DNA from: Candidatus Hermodarchaeota archaeon
GTDB lineage: Archaea > Asgardarchaeota > Hermodarchaeia > Hermodarchaeales > Hermodarchaeaceae
DNA: 10,662 nt
Assembly: GCA_016840065.1 (NCBI GenBank)
Contig: JAEOTB010000096.1
Span: 1 to 10,662 of the forward strand
Direction: 5' to 3'
The notes under the pieces are model-generated. The model searched no databases. It had not been told where the DNA came from and saw only the letters and a list, made by a program, of their open reading frames with translations. The number at the start of each line of letters is the position of its first letter. Position 1 is the first letter of the stretch. Shown in pieces: positions 1 through 5,989 of this stretch. The position numbers and the translations under genes were made by a program.

Positions 1-1101
1 CTTGACATTGTTGACCCTGAAGCAGTGCCCACGATTGAGACTTTCCTTGGAGGCAATTCTAGTAGCGTGATTTACACTTCTTTGACCAATCTTTACATCG
101 CGTGTAATAGATATCAAACCTTTTCTTGGAATTGGCGGGAATCGAACACTGTAATTCATCGTTTCCAAATCGCGGAAGGCAAAGCGATCTATAAGGCAAG
201 TGGACAGGTGCCCGGGTATCTGATAAACCAATTTTCACTAGATGAGTTCAGAGGCCATCTTCGAGTGGCAACAACAAGTTGGACTCCTAGCACTTCAGAG
301 AATGACCCATCCTCTCAGATATGGACCCAAGCTAGCAATGTCTATGTTCTGAGTCTGCATCTTGATATTCAAGGTCGTCTTGAGGGGCTAGCTCCTGGAG
401 AGCAGATTTATTCCACACAGTTTATGGGAGAAACAGGATACCTAGTTACTTTCTACATGACAGATCCCCTCTTCGTCGTTGACCTCAAGAATCCAACTCA
501 GCCCCAGTTACTCGGTGAGCTAGAGGTTACAGGATATTCTGATTATCTGCATCCTCTCGACGACCAGCATCTTCTTGGGATTGGAAAAGATGTGGCGGTA
601 AGTGAAGCCGATGACTTATGGTGGTATCAAGGTGTTAAACTCAGCATTTTCGATGTCACCGACCGGTGCAACCCATTAGAAAGTCTTCGTCTAGTTCTAG
701 GTGTACGCGGCACAGAATCTGAACTCCTTCACGACCACAAAGCAATTCTCATAGATACGGCACGAAATCTTCTTGTTATTCCCCTACTTCTAGCTGAACA
801 TCCAGAGAACACTACGAGTCCTCCGCCTTACGAGCACGGAGAATATGTCTGGCAGGGCGCTATCATCTTCAGCTTGAACCACACTACTGACACTTTGAAT
901 CTGCGAGGACAGATAACCCATATCACCAATACGACAGCTCTGCAGGAGGATTACTGGTCTTGCAGACCATACTTCGTAAATCGCATGATATACATCGGCG
1001 ACATCCTCTACACACTCTCTGAGTACAAGCTATCTCTCCACGACCTCAATGACCTCAATCCGATTAGTGATATCATAATAGATCCTAGCCTTGGCACCTA
1101 A
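1..1101 (+). CDS. Beta-propeller domain protein (Beta_propel/COG4880-type secreted protein), 5'-truncated
   Basis: The frame is open from base 1 (LDIVDPEAVPTIETF...), so the GTG at 25 is probably internal. Family motifs are present: G-x-VPG-x-LINQFSLDE, LRVATT, LEGLAPGEQIYS, GYLVTF...DPLFVVDL, LGELEVTGYSDYLHP, LLGIG, GVKLSIFDV, HDHKA, and R-x-IYIGDILYTLS. Ends at TAA 1099-1101. Confidence 0.88.
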   Translation, partial: LDIVDPEAVPTIETFLGGNSSSVIYTSLTNLYIACNRYQTFSWNWRESNTVIHRFQIAEGKAIYKASGQVPGYLINQFSLDEFRGHLRVATTSWTPSTSENDPSSQIWTQASNVYVLSLHLDIQGRLEGLAPGEQIYSTQFMGETGYLVTFYMTDPLFVVDLKNPTQPQLLGELEVTGYSDYLHPLDDQHLLGIGKDVAVSEADDLWWYQGVKLSIFDVTDRCNPLESLRLVLGVRGTESELLHDHKAILIDTARNLLVIPLLLAEHPENTTSPPPYEHGEYVWQGAIIFSLNHTTDTLNLRGQITHITNTTALQEDYWSCRPYFVNRMIYIGDILYTLSEYKLSLHDLNDLNPISDIIIDPSLGT

Positions 1102-1124
1102 AACCCTCTCATCTTAACGGGAAA

Positions 1125-1171
1125 CTAGCTGCAGCCATTCCAGTGTTGGCTGACAGCTAGACTCTTTTTTT
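1125..1171 (+). terminator. Hairpin plus oligo-T between convergent genes, probable terminator
   Basis: CTAGCTG-CAGCCA (1125-1137) pairs with TGGCTG-a-CAGCTAG (1147-1160): a 13-bp stem with one bulge and a 9-nt loop, followed by T7 at 1165-1171. Confidence 0.6.
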
Positions 1172-1888
1172 CTATAATCTGTGGCGAAAGGCAATCAGAC
1201 ACAGTATCGAACCAATTAGCCAGGCGACTAGACCTGACAGGCTTATTGCTAGCCTGTATGTGAGAATCAATGGGTCGACGGAAGCTCCGAATAGAAAACC
1301 TTCCACCCCATACGCGACAGCACCAATCACTAATACAAGCATACCTAGTGACAAGTTAAGTATGGAGCGGCGTTTTGTTGGATCAGTAAGGTGTCGAGAG
1401 GATGAGAACAATATGATTGTGGATGCAATCACGAAAGCTGAGGTCATGACAAAGAGGGCAATCATACCGAAGAAACCTGTAGTTATTTGGGTTAATAGGA
1501 TTTCATGAGGTATTGGGTTTATTGTTTGGTCTATGACAGCGATTACTGAGAGTAGACTCCAGCAAATTAGATTCACAACCAGAGTAGTCCAGTTGAGTGC
1601 ACGATGGGCTCCATAACGAACGTAGATTCCTACAAGGAGAAAGAGTCCAGTAGAAAAGATTCCTGTAACCACGCTGATGTGCCGACTATACACTATTGCT
1701 GGGTAGCCATAGACCCAGAGGACATCCTTGAGGAAGTCAAATAGCTGGGAAGTTCCAAAGAGGAGAAAACTTAGCCCAAAGAGCTGGTTAAGCGAATAGC
1801 GTATATCCTTCCTAAGTACTAGCAACCCAATTAGGAAGAAGAATGCAGCCCCAACGGGTTTCATCCATACAAAACTTGCTACCGTCAT
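1172..1888 (-). CDS. Stand-alone seven-transmembrane protein, HisKA_7TM/7TMR-DISM-like sensor domain with no output domain
   Basis: 238 aa with seven hydrophobic segments by eye. The pattern after TM1 (LLVLRKDIRYSLNQLFGLSFLLFG) is typical of HisKA_7TM N-termini. A basic loop (TKRRS) precedes TM6. An SD-like GGGATGATG lies upstream of the ATG. Confidence 0.7.
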   Translation of the reverse strand: MTVASFVWMKPVGAAFFFLIGLLVLRKDIRYSLNQLFGLSFLLFGTSQLFDFLKDVLWVYGYPAIVYSRHISVVTGIFSTGLFLLVGIYVRYGAHRALNWTTLVVNLICWSLLSVIAVIDQTINPIPHEILLTQITTGFFGMIALFVMTSAFVIASTIILFSSSRHLTDPTKRRSILNLSLGMLVLVIGAVAYGVEGFLFGASVDPLILTYRLAISLSGLVAWLIGSILCLIAFRHRL

Positions 1889-1937
1889 ACTTCATCATCC
1901 CTACAATTTTGATTTCATGTAGCTTTGGTGGTTTGTG

Positions 1938-1945
1938 TTTAAAAA
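1938..1945 (-). promoter_or_regulatory. Candidate TATA box for the 7TM gene
   Basis: TTTTTAAA on the minus strand, about 50 nt upstream of ATG 1888. Confidence 0.4.
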
Positions 1946-1996
1946 TTGGATGCAAAAGAGGGTAAACACACTAATTGAAGCATACTTCAATGGTTG

Positions 1997-2503
1997 TTAA
2001 AGCAAACGGTCTAGACGGTCTTGCGGTCGCAGAACCAAATCACCTAGAATAGAATCAATGGTTTCTGCGAATTCACTATAGTATTCAACACTAACTATTC
2101 CCTTAATCCTTGGGTACTTTGACAAGAAAGCAGCGTGAACACGGTTTAGAGCTTCTCTGACCCGCTTCTCTGGAGCGTCTCGGTCACAAATGGCATAAAC
2201 ACATATTGTCTCTTTTCGGGTATCGACTTTGATTTCCCCTGGGAGGATAAGGATCTTCTGATCGGTCATCAGAAATGTTTCAACCTGGTCTTTCAATACT
2301 GTTCGAGCAAAAGTTTCGATGGCACTAACTAGGCCATCTCTGAGTATTAGTTCAGATTCCTGCGTTGCACTCACATATTGATGATATTGTTTTCGTACAA
2401 GCGAAACGCCGAGAGCTATCAGACCTATCTCTCGAACTGTACATTCTTCATCCAAACCAAGTTCACCAAATTTTCTGGAAAGTGCTGAAATCCAATTCAA
2501 CAA
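1997..2503 (-). CDS. Longin-like domain protein (Asgard-type)
   Basis: 168 aa, TTG start (exact start uncertain). Longin pattern: beta-hairpin VREIGLIALGVSLVRKQY; helix LILRDGLVSAIETFA; three strands (VETFLM, KILIL, ICVYAICD); helix VREALNRVHAAFLSKY; terminal helix YSEFAETIDSIL. Confidence 0.7.
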   Translation of the reverse strand: MLNWISALSRKFGELGLDEECTVREIGLIALGVSLVRKQYHQYVSATQESELILRDGLVSAIETFARTVLKDQVETFLMTDQKILILPGEIKVDTRKETICVYAICDRDAPEKRVREALNRVHAAFLSKYPRIKGIVSVEYYSEFAETIDSILGDLVLRPQDRLDRLL

Positions 2504-2523
2504 GAGTATGTCAGCAGCAGAGG

Positions 2524-2531
2524 CTTATAAT
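2524..2531 (-). promoter_or_regulatory. Candidate TATA box for the longin-like gene (leaderless transcript)
   Basis: ATTATAAG on the minus strand, about 21-28 nt upstream of the TTG TTG at 2503/2500, consistent with archaeal leaderless starts. Confidence 0.45.
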
Positions 2532-2594
2532 TATTACATTTTCAGCTAAGAAGGAATGGAATGGGTCTCTTTCATCTATCCTTATTGGGTGTAA

Positions 2595-2671
2595 TGGCGG
2601 GCCCGCAGGGATTCGAACCCTGGATCCTCGGCTTAGAGGGCCGATGCCTTATCCAGCTTGGCCACGGGCCC
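2595..2671 (-). tRNA. tRNA-Arg (anticodon UCU), 77 nt, no intron, CCA encoded
   Basis: Minus strand reads GGGCCCG TG GCCAAGCTGGATAAGGC A TCGGC CCTCTAA GCCGA GGATC CAGGG TTCGAAT CCCTG CGGGCCC G CCA. It has a perfect 7-bp acceptor stem, 5-bp anticodon stem and 5-bp T stem. The anticodon TCT is at 2637-2635. A20 after GG and the G discriminator fit Arg identity. Confidence 0.97.
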
Positions 2672-2714
2672 ATTCAGGAAACCTCAAGGGTTAACTAGCT
2701 AAAAGTGGAGTACA

Positions 2715-2730
2715 AGGTAAGTTTTTTATC
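2715..2730 (+). promoter_or_regulatory. Candidate BRE-TATA promoter for the SAMP-like gene
   Basis: Purine-rich AAGGTAAG followed by TTTTTTATC. The same TTTTATC core recurs upstream of the 3171 gene and of glyS. Confidence 0.5.
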
Positions 2731-2757
2731 TTTTGGCTTAGCATTAAGGTCTAAGGC

Positions 2758-2985
2758 TTGGGTGATAATTTGGATTCAGATATAGATTTCACAGCTGTTA
2801 CAATTCCGGGGAACATCGCTGAAATTCACGTCAAAGAAACAAAGACGATACGAAAACTACTAAACGATCTAGGTTTGCTGCGTCGCCACTTCGTTGTACT
2901 CGTTGACGGGAAGCGGGCTACACTTGATGATGAAGTTGAAGAAGGACAGCGTGTACTTGTACTACCCATAATTGCAGGAGGCTAG
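2758..2985 (+). CDS. ThiS/MoaD-family ubiquitin-like sulfur carrier or protein modifier (SAMP2-like)
   Basis: Small beta-grasp-sized protein with VVLVDG and C-terminal VLVLPIIAGG-stop (di-glycine). The true start may be TTG 2770, which is preceded by the SD sequence GGTGAT at 2761-2766. Confidence 0.9.
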   Translation: MGDNLDSDIDFTAVTIPGNIAEIHVKETKTIRKLLNDLGLLRRHFVVLVDGKRATLDDEVEEGQRVLVLPIIAGG

Positions 2986-3070
2986 CACAGAAGCCTTCTG
3001 TATATTTTCTATTAATGAACACCTCCACCTAATACAAAGTGTTTGTTGTAACAAAAACACTTAAGATTGA

Positions 3071-3079
3071 GTTTTTATC
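3071..3079 (+). promoter_or_regulatory. Candidate TATA box for the surface glycoprotein gene
   Basis: GTTTTTATC, flanked by inverted repeats at 3037-3062 and 3093-3113. Confidence 0.45.
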
Positions 3080-3170
3080 CCCCGTCTTAGAACTTTCGCT
3101 ATAATAACGAAAGAAGCAATGTACTGAATAATCTGATGAGACGCTATATGTTTGTGATGGTGCGAGCTGG

Positions 3171-4556
3171 ATGACACGACACTCAGTTTATCTCCCGGTA
3201 TTGATTCTTATTTCGATTCTCCTTGCAAGCCCTTTAGTAACCCCTCAAACTGGAGTACCAATTTGCCCCTCCTCTGAACAGGCTACTTCTCTTAGAACGT
3301 CATTAACAACGGTTACTTCAAGGAACACTGTACCACCGCCAGCAATTCCAAACTGGCAGAGTGCCAATGTAGCCACACAGTTTTTCTATAATGACTCAGC
3401 TATTGTGTCTTGGGAAGGCAATCCTTGGTCTATAACGTCATCACCGCTTAGATACCTTCTCGATTGGACCGATAATGGAACCATTATAGGCGGCGTGTGG
3501 CCAGGAAATCCAGGGAATGCAACAATCGATGTTAAAATTGGAAACAATGACACTACAAGCGAAGAAGTAACTGATTTTCTGAACTTTACAATGGAGAACT
3601 ATGTCAAGTTCACTAGCTGGCCATCCTTGAGCATCTTCAACTTTGATGATTATGAAAACGAAACCCATTGGGTATTTGAAGACTCTATTGCCTCGTCAGA
3701 AGAATTCCTGAATAATACCTTTTACCTAGTAGACAATGCAACAGCATTCCTTGCGGATGGCTTCAACGCTACAGGTATTGCGGCAAACGCGACCCAATGG
3801 CGCGTTTACATGCAATGGAACGGGACTAGTTCAGCTCTCGAGTTCTCCTATACTATCCGCAATGCAACCCTCCTTCAAGGAGACGACTATGTCTTCAGCC
3901 TTGCACGGGCCTTTGGACAAGTATCCCCAATGACCCTATCGGGTAATGGTACGCTCACAATGAGGGCACCTTATGATCGAGTAGTCTATAACGCGACACC
4001 AAGCCATCTCTACCCCAACATCACATTTCCATACTTTCCTATCGGTGAAGAAGTCTTCTACGTCAATGAGACCGATCAAGATTTCGATATTGTAGTCAGA
4101 TACCAGCAATCGACCGGTGGATTGGACATCACACGTGAAGTGATTAGTGAAACTGTTGCTAGAGGACAAACCATAGTAGTCAACGTCACGTTTACCAATA
4201 CAGGTAGCCGCCCATTCCATAACATCTACCTAAATGACCTCAGTAGCCTCCTATCTGGAGCCTTTGCACTTGTTAGTGGAAGTGCTTCACTTAATCACCC
4301 ATATCTTGCTGGAGGCGAATCTGTTTCGATGGAATATGTATTGATGGCTCTGCAACAGGGAGTGTTTCAATTGGAGGGCGCTGAAATCACCGCTACCGAT
4401 GTATTACAAGACGAATATTACCGTTCAACCTCGGCAGACACGATAACAGTTAGCGCAGGCCTTCTGCCAAGTGAAATTAACCTAATAATCGTAGCAGTTG
4501 GCATCGTTGTACTAATCATTGTGATTCTTCTAGTTAGGTGGCGCCTTAGAAGGTAA
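3171..4556 (+). CDS. Type I membrane-anchored cell-surface glycoprotein with a C-terminal DUF11/BatD/TRAP-beta-like Ig-fold domain
   Basis: N-terminal signal-like segment (MTRHSVYLPVLILISILLASP), Ser/Thr/Pro linker, 17 N-x-S/T sequons, Ig-like motif LDITREV...G-x-TIVVNVTFTNTG...NIYLND, and a C-terminal TM helix with basic tail RWRLRR. Confidence 0.8.
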   Translation: MTRHSVYLPVLILISILLASPLVTPQTGVPICPSSEQATSLRTSLTTVTSRNTVPPPAIPNWQSANVATQFFYNDSAIVSWEGNPWSITSSPLRYLLDWTDNGTIIGGVWPGNPGNATIDVKIGNNDTTSEEVTDFLNFTMENYVKFTSWPSLSIFNFDDYENETHWVFEDSIASSEEFLNNTFYLVDNATAFLADGFNATGIAANATQWRVYMQWNGTSSALEFSYTIRNATLLQGDDYVFSLARAFGQVSPMTLSGNGTLTMRAPYDRVVYNATPSHLYPNITFPYFPIGEEVFYVNETDQDFDIVVRYQQSTGGLDITREVISETVARGQTIVVNVTFTNTGSRPFHNIYLNDLSSLLSGAFALVSGSASLNHPYLAGGESVSMEYVLMALQQGVFQLEGAEITATDVLQDEYYRSTSADTITVSAGLLPSEINLIIVAVGIVVLIIVILLVRWRLRR

Positions 4557-4633
4557 TTACTCAAGAAACACGGTCTAACCAAAGCGCTAAAAGTGAAGAA
4601 GCCGCCATTTCCCATAAAAGGCGGTACTTGACT

Positions 4634-5989
4634 ATGAACAAGCAAGACTCTGAAGGCTATCTAGGTGCGGCTCGTGCTTCGATGGAGAAAGCAGGTGTTA
4701 AAGTAGGCGATCGAGTTCGCATCAAAACATCGCATAGTACATTTGAAGGAATCATCATACCCCGTGCTGAAATTGGATCGGATGACCAACACTTAGTAGT
4801 GAAACTCGACAGCGGGTATAATCTTGGTATCCATGTTTCGCACATCAAGCGACTTGAGCGCATTGCTAAAGGTAAATCGGTGAAACCTGAACTACCATCC
4901 ACATCCCCCCAAGCAAAGCCAGGATTGCCATGGATTAGCATTCTTTCTACTGGAGGTACAATCGCAAGCCGTGTGGATTACCAAACTGGTGCTGTGAACC
5001 CGGCTCTAAGTGCGGAAGACCTGTACACTGTAGTCCCTGAACTTGGTAACTTGGTGAACATTCGAGCCGAAGTCTTATTCAGTTTGTTAAGCGAGGATAT
5101 TCAACCGAGTCACTGGAGTAAACTTGCGAAACGCGTTGCAGAACATCTTTCAGAGTCAGAAGGAGTAGTTATAGCTCATGGCACCGATACACTTGGTTAC
5201 ACATCTGCTGCGCTAAGTTTCGCTTTACAGGATTTACCTCGCCCAGTTGTTCTTACTGGTGCTCAACGCTCTTCTGACAGACCCTCCTCTGATGCAGCGC
5301 TCAACTTGACCGCAGCTGTTATTGCAGCATCACAGGGTCCCTTCGCTGAAGTTGTCGTAGCAATGCATCGAACACCAGATGACACTAGCGTTGCTTTACA
5401 CAGAGGAACGAAGGTGCGTAAGTGCCATACTAGTCGCCGTGACGCGTTCCAAACGGTTAATGCTGATCTTCTTGGCGAGGTCAGAAAAGGAAAAGTTCAC
5501 ATGTTAACAAAAGCTTCAGCTTTTCGTTCCCGAGACCCTAAACGTCAGCTATTACTGCAGCCAAAATTCGACCCGAAAGTTGCACTTCTCAAATCCACAC
5601 CTGGAATGGTCGGCGATATTCTTGATTCCCTTATAGACAAGAGCTATCATGGTATTGTATTCGAAGGCACAGGATTAGGTCATACACCCCAATCTCTTCT
5701 TCCTTCCATTGAACGTGCCCAAGAAGAAGGTATCCCGTTAGTTATGACTTCACAATGCATCTGGGGACGTGTACAGATGCGAGTATACAGGACTGGTGTT
5801 GAACTAGTCCAAAGGGGAGTTATCCCAGCAGAGGATATGCTTCCTGAGACAGCTCTTGTAAAACTAATGTGGGTACTTGGACAAACCCAGAATAAAGAGG
5901 AAGTCAGGGCTTACATGCTGAAGAATATTGCAGGAGAAATCACTGATAGCACTAGACGCAGCCAATTCCAGGAAAGTGTGAATGAATGA
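4634..5989 (+). CDS. gatD: Glutamyl-tRNA(Gln) amidotransferase subunit D
   Basis: N-terminal barrel with VKLDSGYNLG. Asparaginase motifs STGGTIASRVDY, HGTDT, GAQRSSDRPSSD, KCHTSRRDAF, GTGLGH and DMLPETALVKLMW. ATG 4634 is preferred over TTG 4628. Confidence 0.97.
   Translation: MNKQDSEGYLGAARASMEKAGVKVGDRVRIKTSHSTFEGIIIPRAEIGSDDQHLVVKLDSGYNLGIHVSHIKRLERIAKGKSVKPELPSTSPQAKPGLPWISILSTGGTIASRVDYQTGAVNPALSAEDLYTVVPELGNLVNIRAEVLFSLLSEDIQPSHWSKLAKRVAEHLSESEGVVIAHGTDTLGYTSAALSFALQDLPRPVVLTGAQRSSDRPSSDAALNLTAAVIAASQGPFAEVVVAMHRTPDDTSVALHRGTKVRKCHTSRRDAFQTVNADLLGEVRKGKVHMLTKASAFRSRDPKRQLLLQPKFDPKVALLKSTPGMVGDILDSLIDKSYHGIVFEGTGLGHTPQSLLPSIERAQEEGIPLVMTSQCIWGRVQMRVYRTGVELVQRGVIPAEDMLPETALVKLMWVLGQTQNKEEVRAYMLKNIAGEITDSTRRSQFQESVNE

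Noticed and set aside
820-831. PPPY (WW-ligand-like) motif in the beta-propeller protein
   Set aside because: It lies in a variable loop of a probably secreted protein and is likely a chance match.
1125-1160. Hairpin as a SECIS element
   Set aside because: No AUGA/GA core, and no in-frame UGA in the visible parts of the flanking genes.
1172-1888. 7TM protein as a microbial rhodopsin or true GPCR
   Set aside because: TM7 has no retinal-binding Lys, and no DRY or NPxxY motif is present.
2504-2600. tRNA 3' end as an integration site
   Set aside because: No duplicated tRNA 3' segment, integrase or cargo genes were seen in the window.
2365-2694. 109-aa plus-strand ORF
   Set aside because: It overlaps the tRNA and the longin-like gene on the opposite strand; the GPAGIRTLDP segment is a typical tRNA antisense translation.
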